Below are positions 1 to 12,599 of a stretch of DNA of 51,134 bases, piece by piece. Location: positions 101,688,065 through 101,739,198 of the forward strand of contig NC_068984.1 in assembly GCF_001194135.2 (NCBI RefSeq), given 5' to 3'. Source of the stretch: Octopus bimaculoides (lineage: Eukaryota). Under the pieces are notes generated by a model. That model was not told the origin of the DNA, did not search any database, and worked only from the letters and a program-made list of their open reading frames with translations. The first letter of the stretch is position 1. The number at the start of each line of letters is the position of its first letter. Both the position numbers and the translations under genes were made by a program.

Positions 1-545
1 AAATTTCCAAGGTTTCCACCTCACCCCACCCCGTTTTTCGGACCCCATGATTTTGTAAATGAACAATCTAATGTCTTTATTTTAATGGTTTACCAATGTA
101 TACAGTGAGTTTCTTTGCCCTATGTGTCAGGAAGACACTTGGCAAGAAATGGAAGCAAAATTGAAAGAAGAGGATGATAATAATAACAAGAGCACTCAGA
201 GAATGCAAACCTCTGCCAAGGCAACACCAACGTCCTCTCAATGATTCGCTGGAGATGATTTTTAAAATAAGAATACCTGAAATAAACTCGACTGCTTTCA
301 CAAATGAGAACACTAAAAATTAACCCAACCGCTCTCAAAAATTAAGTAAAAAACTGGAAGAATAATCCAGAACCTTTATCTGGTACTGGATTGATCCCTA
401 AACTTAATCAGTACCAGTCATGAGGCCAAAGATCCCTAAAAGTTTCATCTAAATCCATCCAGCAGTTCTTGAGATATTTTGTCCACGGACAAACAAACAC
501 GATTGAAAACAATACCTCTGTCTTCACTAAGGCAGAGGTAATAAT
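1..545 (+). mobile_element. Right end of a probable Helentron/HINE-type non-autonomous element
   Basis: Ends in ...acaaacaaacacgattgaaaacaa followed by a 12-bp hairpin TACCTCTGTCTT-cact-AAGGCAGAGGTA (513-540) and ATAA. This layout matches Helentron-associated elements from memory; the left end is outside the window or unresolved. Confidence 0.5.
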
Positions 546-548
546 AAT

Positions 549-685
549 CCTTTCTACTATAGGCACAAGGCCTGAAGTTTGGGGACAGGGGATAAGTCGA
601 TAACATCAGCCCCAATGTGTAACTGGTACTTATTTTATCAACCCCAAAAGAATTAAAAGCAAAGTCAACCTCAGTGCAACTTGAA
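549..685 (-). mobile_element. tRNA-derived SINE, family A, 5'-truncated
   Basis: Reverse complement of the core GTTGACTTTGCCTTTCATCC...GATAAAATAAGTACCAG and the tail GCCTTGTGCCTATAGTAGAAAGG seen in other copies in this window. Confidence 0.8.
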
Positions 686-1174
686 TAATAAAAATAATAA
701 TAATAATAGGAAATGATTAGAGAGAAAGAGATAATATTTTGGTAGGTAAGTTGCAAGAATGTGCAAGTAGTGGCGAACACTGCTTTAGAAGGGTGAGAGA
801 TGTATGTTGATGGAAAAGCTGATATGATTTGGTGGTATAGAAGAGTGACCGATGTAAACTGTGAATGAAGGGGAAAAATATTAAGAACTAGTTTAAAAGC
901 CGCCTTATTGGGTGGCTTTTAAACTAGCTCCTGTGGAGGGCTCTTCATTAGGCCTTGAGCCTAATAATGACACTTCGTGCATTGAGTACATATTAAATTT
1001 TATTAAACTTGACCAATATTTTTCAAGCAATGAACAATTTTCGTCAAAGCAATGATATAATATGTTGACTCAGAGCTTATTGCAAAGCTTCATGATAAAC
1101 AACATTTCTTGTCTTCCCATTCAGGGGTCAGTACAATTTCTTTTCTGTCTAACCTCTTTCTTTCTCTCTTTCTG

Positions 1175-1480
1175 TTGATTGCTTTCAACCATCACCATCA
1201 CCAGTACCACCACCATCGCCACCACAACTGCTATACACACACCATTTAGACTTCTGATGCCACCACCATCACCACTGTCTTTCACATCCCTTACTATCAC
1301 CGTCATGCTTGACCACTTCAGCTACCACCACCCATCATCACCGTCGCCTCCGCCTTTATCACAACTACAGCTCATACTGTTACTATCACCCCATTGCCAT
1401 CTCGACCGTCAATCTACTACTGCCCTCAAAATCTCTATGCCTACTATTACTCTTACCCCAGCAAGAAGAGTAGAAGACAT
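1175..1480. repeat. Low-complexity (CAC/CAT/TAC)n trinucleotide-rich tract
   Basis: Degenerate accatcaccacc/actact runs. Accounts for the Thr/Pro-rich ORF 1179-1487. Confidence 0.75.
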
Positions 1481-1746
1481 ATCATAGAATAGTGAGAAAG
1501 GGGGTCAAAGTGTGACACACAGAAATTCGTTTTGGCATTTATTATTATAGATGAAGAGTGAATATCAAGTGATGTGGTCCTGGATAGTAAGGAAGACAAG
1601 TAGTATCACAGTAAAAAGATAATGATGAAGTATGTAGTTCCGTTTTATTTAATTACAGCAGCAGAATACTGCAGTTAGGCAAGTGATGGAGAGATCAGTG
1701 AGAGAGAAATGATGGTGTATGGAGAAGGTTTGATAAGGGTTGAGGG

Positions 1747-1790
<44 letters not shown>

Positions 1791-1837
1791 TTGGAAATGG
1801 ATGCGTGACGTTCAATCAAACAACAATAATAATAATA

Positions 1838-1873
<36 letters not shown>

Positions 1874-1879
1874 CTTTAC

Positions 1880-1972
1880 AATGCTGGCCAGTACCGTATT
1901 TTTCCGCAATAAATGGATAATTTATCCTGATCTCGCTATCTATAGCATTATAACGCATTTGAGTGTATCTTA
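1880..1972 (-). mobile_element. Partial copy of the short MITE found at 15771-15916
   Basis: Reverse complement (ctcaaatgcgttataatgcta...gatcaggataaattatcca...tactggcca) aligns by eye with 15790-15880. Flanked by TA microsatellites. Confidence 0.65.
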
Positions 1973-1982
1973 TATATATATA

Positions 1983-2074
1983 NNNNNNNNNNNNNNNNNN
2001 NNNNNNNNNNNNNNNNNNNNNNNNNNNNNNNNNNNNNNNNNNNNNNNNNNNNNNNNNNNNNNNNNNNNNNNNNN
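1983..2074. other. Assembly gap
   Basis: Run of N. Confidence 0.99.
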
Positions 2075-2235
2075 GATGAGATGGCTGTGTCTTCTCAAGC
2101 ACCAGATATCATCAATCATCCAAGTTCTTTGTCATCTCCCCCATGAGGTTTAAAGTCTTAAGATAGCCAGCAATGCTTTAATGCTTTCTCCAATATATTC
2201 CTAGATCTCCCTCTTCAACAAGCTCCATCCATATT

Positions 2236-2392
2236 GATTTCAAATTTTTGGTACGAGGTCAGCAGTTTCAGAGGAGGGGTAAGTTGATTACATTGACCCC
2301 CACTGGTCCTTATTTTAGTGACCTTGAAAGGATGAAAGGCAAAGTCAACCTCAGTGGAATTTGAACTCAGAATGTGAAGACGGATGAAATAA
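2236..2392 (-). mobile_element. SINE family A, partial
   Basis: GGATGAAAGGCAAAGTCAACCTCAGTGGAATTTGAACTCAGAA core; reverse box-B-like GTTCAAATTCC. Confidence 0.8.
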
Positions 2393-4202
2393 TAAGATAT
2401 ATCCATATTAGTGATAGGCACTTCTTTATGTAGCCACCCTCATCCACACACATCACATATCCATACTGGCTCAGTCTTCACTTTTGTACACTTTATTTGA
2501 CTCCACTTATGCACAATTTTTCTCTCAACACATATTTCATCGTTTATGCACACTAACATTGCACATCCAACAGAGCATGCTAATTTCAGTTCATTCTAAT
2601 TTTTGCAATTCCTCTGCATTCAAGGCTCACATCTTGCCACATAACATTGCTGTTTCTACACAAACATCTTACAATCTACCTTTCATTCTGAAACAGAAAC
2701 CTTTTGTTATTAACACTATCACTAGCTCTCTGAACTTTCTTCAGCCTTCTTATTCTAGCAACTATACTTTCAAAACCTCCTCCTGAACTGCTAATTAGAT
2801 CACCATGAGAATACAGTGAGTCAAATTCGATTTCTAGGTAGTGAGTTAGTGTATGAGACTTTGCCAAAAATTCCTGCTACAATCTAATAACAGAAGTGTA
2901 AAAGTAAGTGTTTAGCATTCAGGCAAATGGCCATTCTTTGGATGGGTTATAAGAAGTATTGTAGTATGTAACCAGAACTCTAATGTTGTCTTTTAATTTG
3001 TATGGAATCAACTACTTGCTCAGGACTGAAGTGTTTTCTAGCCAAGAAACCTTAGTCTTTGGGATGCAGTTTTAGTGATGTATAATATTATGTGAGGTCA
3101 CCATGAGAGGTTGAGATTTAGAACCATTAGCGAATTTGAAGGCTTCCTTTGTATTTTATTCATAAGTAATATTATCTGGAAGTGTATGAAAATTTTCTTT
3201 CTGGGATGTTGAAAAAGACTAGGTTTCATTACCCTATTAGGCAATGAAAAAAGATAGCTCTACATTTCGTTTAAAAGCTCACTATAAAGGGAAGCAACTC
3301 TTCTGTTTCTTCCACATCAGATTTTTATTTGTAGTTTGTTGTTTTTCAAGAGATTCGTGAATAGATTTCAGTCTTGATTTAATGCCACTTTTTGTTTTGT
3401 AGAGAGATGAAGAATAAATAAAATATTTTCATTGTGTTGATTATGTCTGTTACCGTTAGCTACAGTCATGTTCCGTTGTCGTCATTAGTTTTACAAAAAC
3501 CGATACCTTTCTAATAATAGTTTTTTCTATATAAATTGTTGTCTCATCTTCCTTTTTTTATTTCAACGTGATTAACGTAGGTTGATGTTTGCCACTTATC
3601 CGCGCAGCAATCATCGTTATCCTTGGTCCGTTAAAATACTAGTGACTTCCTTGTTTATTTATCAGCATTAAAACCGGTTAACACAAACAGTTTATTCCGG
3701 TTGAATGGTGATGTGTTGAAAGGGCACAAAAACAAATTGTCAATTTAAACTTTCCTTCCAAGTAATTTTCACCTTATTCACCAACGAAACCAACTTCGAG
3801 AGACAGTTAGTGTGTTATACAAGTTCGTATACTCTAAATTGTCTTTGATTCTACATATGTACGCTTTGGATAGAATAATCTGCTAACGTGTATATTATAT
3901 TAATGTGTGAATATATATCCGAAAAATCCTTAGCCTTATTTCAGGTATTTTTTATTTAAGATTACCAGGTAACTGTTATTGCTCTAATTTTTTTAGATCT
4001 CGCTACGCAGCTCCTGAAATATCAACAAAGAATTAGTAGAAGTAAAGAAAAAATAAACATAATTAAAAAAAAAAAAAACATTATATAAGTCATCTGTTTT
4101 TCTTATATAACCATTTTTTTTCTCTCTATAAATTCTTTGTAATTATTGGAGCTGTTTTTTCGTGTTTACTGTTTACTTAATATTGTTTGATGTCTTTATA
4201 GA

Positions 4203-4257
4203 ATGTCTTTCTCCTGTTGGTTTGGTTCTGAACATTACCGAGACCATTTCAAAGATG
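4203..4257 (+). CDS. MSRB1: MSRB1 coding exon 1: MSFSCWFGSEHYRDHFKD-G
   Basis: Matches the MsrB1 N-terminus (human MSFCSFFGGEVFQNHFEPG). Acceptor ttatag ends at 4201, ATG at 4203, phase-1 donor G|GTAAGG at 4258. Confidence 0.9.
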
Positions 4258-4429
4258 GTAAGGAAGTAATTTTGATTTCAAATAATTGTCCTCTCTTATT
4301 CTGTCTATCAATATTAATTGATCCCAGTTATTGCCGTTAAGGTAAACCACATGAAATAACCAATCTATTTTCATTAGGATCAAACAGTAACGCTTAGAAA
4401 CTAATTATTACTTTATATTTATTTGGTTT

Positions 4430-4650
4430 TACGTAATGTAATTATGGATTTATTGCTGTTGATCGAAGTGATTGGTTATTGATGAGTGAACTGATTTGTT
4501 ATAGTTTATTTATTGTTGATCAAACTGATTAGTTGTTGACGATGGAACTGATTTCTTATCACGTCTTGTTGATCGAACAGATGCGTTATGTTCATTTATT
4601 GATAATGGAACTGATCGGTTTTTGTTGATCGAATTGATTTGTTATTGATA
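4430..4650. repeat. Degenerate tandem repeat built from GTTGATCGAA and TTATTGAT..GGAACTGAT motifs
   Basis: About four alternating occurrences of each motif, seen by eye. Confidence 0.55.
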
Positions 4651-4809
4651 GTGATTTAAAGTGTAAGAACAAAATCTCTATTTATTCACCTTTACGGCTT
4701 ACTTTTTCTATCGCTTTACAATTTTTCAAAAGCAGTTTGTTTTAAAGCGACAGAATCGGCAACTCATTCCGAAGAAGTAGGTATATACTGGGACAAAAAT
4801 ATACGGCAA

Positions 4810-5400
4810 TATTACTAATACTTTAATCGGTGTAGTTTTAATTAATACTTTTACTGAGATGGTTTTAATTATTATCATGATTGGTACAGTTTTAATTAAT
4901 ACTTTAACTAGTGCAGTTTTAATACCTTAATTGATGCAGTTTTAAGTATTACCTTAATTGGAAGTTTTAATTAATACCTTAAACAGAGCAGTTTTAATCA
5001 ATACCTTAAACAGAGCAGTTTTAATCAATACCTTAACTGCGGCAGTTTTAATTATTAACTTAATTGTTGCAGTTTTAATTAATACCTTAATTGGTGCAGT
5101 TTTACTTAATACCTTAATTGGAAGATGTAATTCAATTGCAGTAGTTTTAATTATTACCTCAATTGGAAGATGTAATTCTTTAATTGCAGTAGTTTTAATT
5201 ATTATGTTAATTGGAGCAGTGTTATTTATTACCTTGATTGGAGCAGTTTTAATTAATATCTTAATTGGTGCTGTTTCAGTTAATACCTTAATTAGAGCGG
5301 TTTTAAGTATTATTACCTTAACTTGGGTAATTTTGATAATTACTTTAATCATTGCAGTTTTAATTATTTACATTAACTAGTGAAGTTTTAACTAATATCT
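4810..5400. repeat. AT-rich minisatellite, ~30-33 bp unit GCAGTTTTAATTAATACCTTAATTG
   Basis: More than 15 diverged copies, including near-exact 30-bp duplicates (agagcagttttaatcaataccttaa). Accounts for ORFs 4954-5352 and 4958-5380. Confidence 0.9.
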
Positions 5401-5679
5401 TGAGGCAGTCTTGTTTTTCAGATGGGATATTTTTTTATGTGAGGGCTACATTTTGTTTTGTTTTTATATTAATATAGTCCGATTTATTCGAGCTAATTAA
5501 ATCAATTCATTAATTTGTTTATTTATTAAGGATGGTTTCCATGTTTAAAAATAGAGATTCTGATTTTATTAGCAAATATTCTTTTAGTATAAGGCAGTCA
5601 AACTTTTAAGATGGAATTTATGTTTCTCTTATAGTTCGCGGGTACATTTTTAGCTGTTTGTTATGTAACTAGAAAAAAT

Positions 5680-5915
5680 GTGTGTGTGCATATAGTTATG
5701 TAAATGTTTGTGGGTATGTGCTTATGTATGTTTATATGTGTGTGTTCTATTTATCTATCTATCTATAAGTTTGTATATATGTGTGAATATGTATGTGTAT
5801 ATGTATGTATATATGTGTGTATAGGTATGTATATTTGCATGTATGTGTATGTATATTTATGTATGTGTGTCTGTGTGTGTTTGCATGTATGTATATAGGT
5901 GTGCATGATATATGT
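5680..5915. repeat. Mixed TG/TA microsatellite
   Basis: tgtg/tatg/tata runs. Confidence 0.9.
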
Positions 5916-6317
5916 ATGCTTTCAGTTTCTTTATTAGAAATTTTGTTAGAGGGCTGTAGCAGGTTCATAACAGAAAGTTCCATCACTGGAATTTGGAAAA
6001 CAATAAGGATAATTGTTACATATTGAACTTTAAGAAATTCCTGCATATTTTTACTGTTCCACTAACAGATTGTATTTGTAAAGTTTCATGTTAGCCAGTT
6101 CCTTGCTCTTCTTGAAAATCCTAGCTTTTCCAGATTTCAACTACGGCATTAACTTACATAACCAATTGCACCAAAAGCAGGGTAACTAACCTCTATGACT
6201 GTATATGACTTTTCTTTTCTGTCCCAAATAATTATATCAAGCCTGTTGTTTTTGGACATAGTCAAAGTCTTGATTGGAATGTTCCACCAATATTCCATGT
6301 ATTGGTATTCTGCTATT

Positions 6318-6520
6318 CTGTTACTTGGAGCACTGCCTTAAAGGGATTTTTAGTTGAAGAAATTGATCCCAAGAATTATTTTTTGTAAGCTTAGTACTTA
6401 TTCTATAGGTTTCTTTTGCCAAACTGCTAAGTTATGGGGACATAAACTCACCAACATCGGTTGTGAAGCAATGGTGGGGGTACAAACATAGACACAAAGG
6501 CACACACACACATACATATA
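6318..6520 (-). mobile_element. SINE family B, 3' half
   Basis: Reverse of GATAGAATAAGTACTAGGCTTACAAA...GGTGCTCCA; homologous to 24560-24908. Confidence 0.8.
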
Positions 6521-7685
6521 TATATAGTTAATAAAAAAAAATGGAGGAAAAAAACAACACGAGGACATGGTACATACAAAGTATTCTTTTTTTTTTACCA
6601 TAGTGGAATGAATTCTTCTGTGTAAGAATACAAATATACAAAAATTTTCTGAAAATTCCCAAAAAATAAAAAAGTTATGAGGGGGTTATATGGCATGCAT
6701 AAAGCAGAATTCCACCAGTATTTTTTTATATTTATCTCCAGGCAGTCTTTTATGCAACATCATGTCACAGTGGGAGGTAGTATCTTAATGACCTTTTTTA
6801 GACAGCTGTTAATTACATGTGTTATGTCCTCTACAGAAGAATAATTTGATTGACACTTGCTGTTGTAGCTTGGAAGTTTAAGGTCTTTGTGTGTCATGTG
6901 TTCATTATGTATGTATGTATGTGTGTGTGTGTGTGTTTTAACAACTTTTGCTATGAATGACTAATTATTAATGGATATTATTACACACGCACAAGCACAA
7001 AGATACATTTAGGGAAAAACATGCTATATTTAACAGCTGTTGATTGAACATAAGGTCGCCAAGATGTATAGCATTGAAACAGAATTATTGCTCTATTAGA
7101 ATTTCGAAAAAAATTTGTTTTGTTTTTTATCTTATTATTATACTTTGAGATATTAATATCAGTTGGCTTCTAATACCTGAATTAAATATTTATTATTTAT
7201 CCGGTTCTATGCAATGTGATTACAACCTGTTATTTATTGAGTGGTGTTTAGGCACACAGTTTGTTGCTTGAATGATTAATTGTTTATGTAAGTCCAGGAG
7301 GTATTGTTACCCAGAAGAGCAATGAATTCCCATGGGAAAAGTACTGTTGAAATGCAGAAATGTTCATGGGTTGTAGTATTTGTTGCTGTAGAGTTATATG
7401 TCTGAGAGCAAATAGCTAATTTCCTCTGCAATGAAGTTCTCATCATCTTTACTAAATCACTTTGATTTGAGAGCAATTGGTATATAACTTGGAGACAAGT
7501 TTAGGAAAGAGATGACTCTCCTATTTTTACTATGACCAATGTACTGAAATCAGTAGCATTTACAGTTAGTTCAGACAGGAGCTCCCCATATTCATATTTC
7601 ACTCTCAGATGTTGGTGATGGAAAGCTCGGCCAAGTATCATATCAGGATGCAAGTCCCTCAAAATACCAAGTCATGCAGCAACCG

Positions 7686-7906
7686 TGTTGTATTGTAATT
7701 TGTTATAAGATAACCCGACAACAGTAAAAACAATGTAATGAACTAACAAATCTCTTTACGAACCAACAATCAAGATTCCTTGTAAACTAATCAACCAACA
7801 CCTTCCGACATCACTCAACTCTGAACTCTCTCAGATCGCTACTATTTATACTTTACTCAGACCAGTCTATTCCTCACTAGGGAGTGTCGTAACTCTCATT
7901 ACAACA
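7686..7906 (-). repeat. 3' LTR of the Gypsy element
   Basis: TGTTG...CAACA termini; homologous to 11874-12142. Confidence 0.9.
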
Positions 7907-10900
7907 TCTTTTTTAGCTGTTGTATCTTAATTGTTGCCTGACTTTTAAGGTAGTATTGTTTGTTACACTGCACTTTTTCTTTTCATCTCTTGTTTTTTCT
8001 TTTTGCCTTTTTTGAAAATTTAATATCTTTTCTGGTTAGGTTTTACATCCAGATATTCAGTCTGTTTTTGTTTTCTGAAGCTAGTTCTATGGGGTTCAAT
8101 ATCACTTGGTGCTGGCACTTCAAACATATAATAGATTTCCTTTGGTATTACCCTTTGTTTTTCTGTATGTCTCATCTTTAACTGGTTAAGGTGCCTCTTA
8201 TGTTCCAAACATTATCCTTTAATTAAATACATCATGTTATCTAATCTTTTGATTACACAGCCATCCTCCCTACCTTCTTTACCATTTTTGTCATTTTTAA
8301 AATGAACTTTATCTCCTACTTTGAAATGTTTTGTAATATTTCTTGTATTTCCTTCAGATGGATTTTTTGTTTCTCCTTTATATGTATTTTTTCCTGGCAT
8401 TAATTTATCGAAGATCAATTTTATTTTATGTGCAAACATTAACTCTGCTGGTGACTTTCCTGAATTAGTATTTGGATTTGGCGTTATTTTATATACTCTC
8501 AAAAACTTTGTTAGTGCCTAATCATTATCTAGCCCATTCCTAGATTTTCTTAGAGCTCTTTTGAACATGTCAACAAATCTTTCCGCCTACCCATTTGATC
8601 TCAGGTGGTAGGGTGGGGTAAAGATGTGCTTTATGGCATGTATTTTGCAGAAATTTCTTAATTCATATCCCATAAATTGTGTTCCATTATCTAAAACTAA
8701 CGTATCTCGAACATCGTATCAAGCAAATAACTCAAATAGGAACTTTATTGTTCTTTGCTGTGCGTTTATTACATCTGCATACCTCTGGCCACTTTGTATA
8801 ACTATCCACTACGATTAGATAGTATGCGCTGTTCACTAGTCCAGCATAGTCAATATATATCTTGGACCATGGGCTCTCAGTCTCCGACCATGATTGGTAT
8901 TTTACTCATGGTGCCCTGGTTGCCAACGCACAACCTTTACGTGCTTTCACCAACTTCTCAATGTCCCTGTCTATAGTCGGCCAATATGCAAATCTCCTCA
9001 TTGAAGCTTTCATTTTGGACATTCCCGGGTGCACACAGTGGAATTATTGCAATTCTCATTTCTGTAGTACATTTGGTACTACTACTTTCTGCACGTACAT
9101 TAAGACATCGTCACAAAGTGAGAAATTATTTGAATTTGTATTTTTATTATGCTTATTTTTCAATGTTTCTTTCATTCTTGTAATGCAACCATCCTCTACA
9201 AATTTCATTTTTATATCATGCACTGTTACCGGCAGTTTCTGAATTATATTACACACAATACTTCTTCATTTTCTGACTGTAATGACACTGTCATGGTCTC
9301 TTCTAGCGGTTCCACACTCTTGGGAATTAGCCTCGATAAGCAGTCTGCATGACCAATTTTCTTTGACAGAATATACTGCATCTTAAAATTGTAGTTCAGC
9401 AGTATAGTACCCCAGCATTGTAGTCGGTTCACTCTATTGGTAGGTAATCCCTTCTTTGATCGAAAAGTTGATAGTAATGGTCTATGGTTGGTTTGTAACA
9501 AAAAACTTCTACCATGTAGAAATTTGTAAAATTTTTTTACCACAAAAATAATTGATTAGAGCCTCCTTCTCTATCTGACTATACAGCATGAACTACTGGT
9601 TTCGTATTTCCATCTTTATACTTGTGTAGCAAGACTGCTCCTATTCCATACTCCAAAGCATCAGATACTACAGCAATGTCCATTCTTGGATTGAAATATG
9701 CTAGTGACAAGTCAGAAATTAGCATTTGCTTTATGTCTTCAAATGCATTTTGGCACTTTACTGACCAATTTCATTTTACTTCTTTTTTTAGTCAATTGTT
9801 TAATGGTGCTCTCAGTTTATGTATATTTAGAATGTACTGTTGATAGTAATTTACTAGGCCAAGGAAAGCTTGTAATGTCAGTATATTCATTGGAAGAGGC
9901 ATATTCTTGATTGTGTCTGCCCTGAACGGGTTAGGACGTCTTCCATTCTTATCTATGATTTGACCTAGGTATTTGATTTTAGGCAAAAAAAATTCACACT
10001 TCTCTTCACTGAGTATGAAACTATAATCTTTAATTTTTTTAAAGACACACTTCACGTGTTCGATATGTTCATTCTGCAATTCACTTTTGATTAACACTTC
10101 ATCAAGGTAAGGAATAGCAAAGTGACAGTCTGCCAACAACGTGCCCATCACCTGTTGGAATATTGCAGGTGCTACCTTCAGTCCAAAAGATAGTCTATTG
10201 TATTTGCATAGACCTCTGTCCATGTTGACTGTTAACAGCTTTGGGTATTTTTGTTATTTTGCGTTTTTATATGAATAGTCGGAGCTGCCCTTTTCACGTA
10301 ATCCACTTTTTCAATGATTTCGTTTTTTTCCAGTCTGTCCAACTCATCATCCACTTGCTTTATTGCCACAAAAGGCACTTTCCTATTAAGCTTGAACACA
10401 GGTGTAACGTTATTATCTAATTCAAAACACGCTTCAGTCTTTGCACATAGATCTAGTTTGTCCAAGAGAAACATTTAAAAAAAATTTTCTCCTTAATTCT
10501 TTAGACGAATTATTTTTAGAGAGTCAACCATTTATGCTTTTACAATAGAGATTTATGGGGAGGCCCCATAAATCAATAATTCTAACCAATCAGTACCAAC
10601 AGATTGGTTGCATTTTTAATGACAAAGACTTTTGCCTTGCATGCTTTACCTCGAAATGTAACATTAGTCCACATTTCACCTGTATAATTTGTCGCCCATC
10701 ATGCTACAAGCAGATTTCATTGTTTTTCTCAACATAGGTTCCCTATTTTCTTCCATGTGTCCATATTTATTATTGAAATATCACTTCCAGTATCCAATTG
10801 AAGTTTAATATGTATTCTATTTATTTTTACGTGTACAAATTTTCTTATTTGGGAGTCGATTCTTGTTTCTGCTGAGAGTGTTCTAGGATTTTTAACGTTT

Positions 10901-11873
10901 GACCTTCGTAATTTGGTTCTGCAGTGTGAACTCTTATGATCAATTCTTTTGCAACTGTAACATTTTTGATTTTTAAAAGGACAGCCTTTTCTGAAATGTA
11001 TGCCCCCACATCCATAACATGGATTAGGACATGGTGCTCTTTTTTGGTTGTACTTTTCCAGTTGGTATATCTGTATTTTTGAGGAGTCCTTTTCTTGAAT
11101 TTTTTCTACATCATGTTTCAGGTTTACCATCCTTTGGCACTCTTCTGCCATGGACTGTAAGATTAGATTTTGGTTCACTTGTTTCAATTTAGGAAGAATT
11201 CTTGCTCGAATTTTTGTATCTTCACTTGCTGTAAGGTCTTGTATGAAAATAAGACACTTGAACATAACAGGTGTAAGTTTAAAACTTTCACACATCCTTT
11301 TGACTGTTCCTACTTATGTGATAAAATCCTCATTATCTTTTTTCTGTTATATTCCAACACTCCATTCAAGTGTTAAATAGAGAGGTTTTATCACCGGATA
11401 TGTTAGAAAGTAATTCTATTGTTTCTTTGAAGCAAATTTTATTGGTTTTTTTTTTAGGCAATATGAAATTACAGTAACGTTCATGTTCTAACAGAGCTAA
11501 TTTTCGCAATAACAATCTCACTTTTTGTTTGTTCGACCCTGATCTTCAATCTTGCTTAAAAATCTCCTTGTACCTTTTGTAGTATGATGCAAAAGTTGTA
11601 CCTCCTCTGGGTTATAACTGAATTCATTAATCGAGTTCAAAATGCCGCCTGGTGAAAACAAACCTACCTCATTTTTGGACTTCTTATGAATATAGCTCCA
11701 ATAATTGTTGTTGTTGTTGTTGTAATAGTTGCTTCTGCAACTCCTATTGCTGCGCTTATTGTTGCTTTTGCAACTGTACTATGGAAGCTAATTGGTCTTC
11801 CATCATTTAACAAGTTGTATCATGAACAAATTGTTAAATAACCTACGTGAGCTTTGAAACCCTTATCGTCAGA

Positions 11874-12142
11874 TGTTGTATCCTAATTTGTTATGTGCAA
11901 TAAATACGATAACCAGACAAAAGTAAAAACAATGTAACAATGTAACAAATCTCTTTACGAACCAACAATTAATATTCCTTATGAACTAACCAACCAACAC
12001 TTTCCGACTTCACTGTGAACTAACATGAACTTCACTCAACTCCAAACTCTGAACCTCTGAACTTACTCGGATCGTTACTATTCATACTTCACTCGGACCA
12101 ATCTATCTCTCTCAAGGGGGTGTCATAATTCTCATCACAACA
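11874..12142 (-). repeat. 5' LTR of the Gypsy element
   Basis: TGTTG...CAACA termini; about 48 bp longer than the 3' LTR because of internal small duplications. Confidence 0.9.
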
Positions 12143-12599
12143 AACCAGTACCTGGTTGTTAAGGCTAACATTTAGGTCCATCACAACATAACACTTGGAA
12201 CTATTATTTTAGGTTTTGTGAGCCATGATGATGTCTTTACTTGATGGGTGAGCCTTTAATTTTAGTTCCTGCACAGCTTTTTTTTACTGAGGTAACTAAC
12301 AGTGCTGCAGAATCCTAGACAGATCCTAGACACCACTTAACCTTTGTCCATTCCTAATCACAAAAGTTGCAACTTGAATGAGTCCCTGTCATACATTCAC
12401 TGGGTTAGTATGTGAGAAGTGACCACTGTCACCAGTAAGCTTGATAAGGACTTGGGTTTGAATACGAGAGCATAATGTTCCTTTTTGAGGCATTTATTGT
12501 ATTTATGCTGGACAGTTATCACATGAATGGTAAAAGAAAAAACAAATGAAACATTTCCTCTTAGTAATTTATAATCGGCACACAGAACTGGTTCATTAA

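Larger units (their letters stand above)
7686..12142 (-). mobile_element. Full-length but degenerate Ty3/Gypsy LTR retrotransposon, antisense within MSRB1 intron 1
   Basis: Two TG...CA LTRs (7686-7906, 11874-12142), 5-bp TSD AACCG/AACCA, and a purine tract next to the 3' LTR. Internal order is gag (CYGCGGIHFRKGC, CYSCKRIDHKSSHC), protease (LQLDTGSDISII), RT (YNRLSFGLKVAPAIFQ, PYLDEVLI), RNase H (QTNHRPLL), integrase (ITPNPNTNSGKSPAELMF). Many stops and frameshifts. Confidence 0.95.

Noticed and set aside
1649-1912. YI/CV-repeat ORFs here and at 5704-6046, 15588-16114, 26594-26854, 31019-31252, 46158-46541
   Set aside because: Translations of TA/TG/CA microsatellites.
3944-4041. MSRB1 5' UTR exons (acceptor at 3996, donor at 4042)
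   Set aside because: Plausible because exon 1 has an acceptor, but several competing weak sites exist and they cannot be chosen without transcript data.
4954-5380. 132-aa and 140-aa ORFs on both strands
   Set aside because: Products of a frame-preserving minisatellite; no splice or homology support.
4810-5400. CRISPR-like array
   Set aside because: Eukaryotic context, degenerate units without unique spacers, no cas genes.
8020-11380. Pol/gag ORFs as host genes; plus-strand ORFs in the same span
   Set aside because: They are fragments of the decayed Gypsy element or their antisense shadows.
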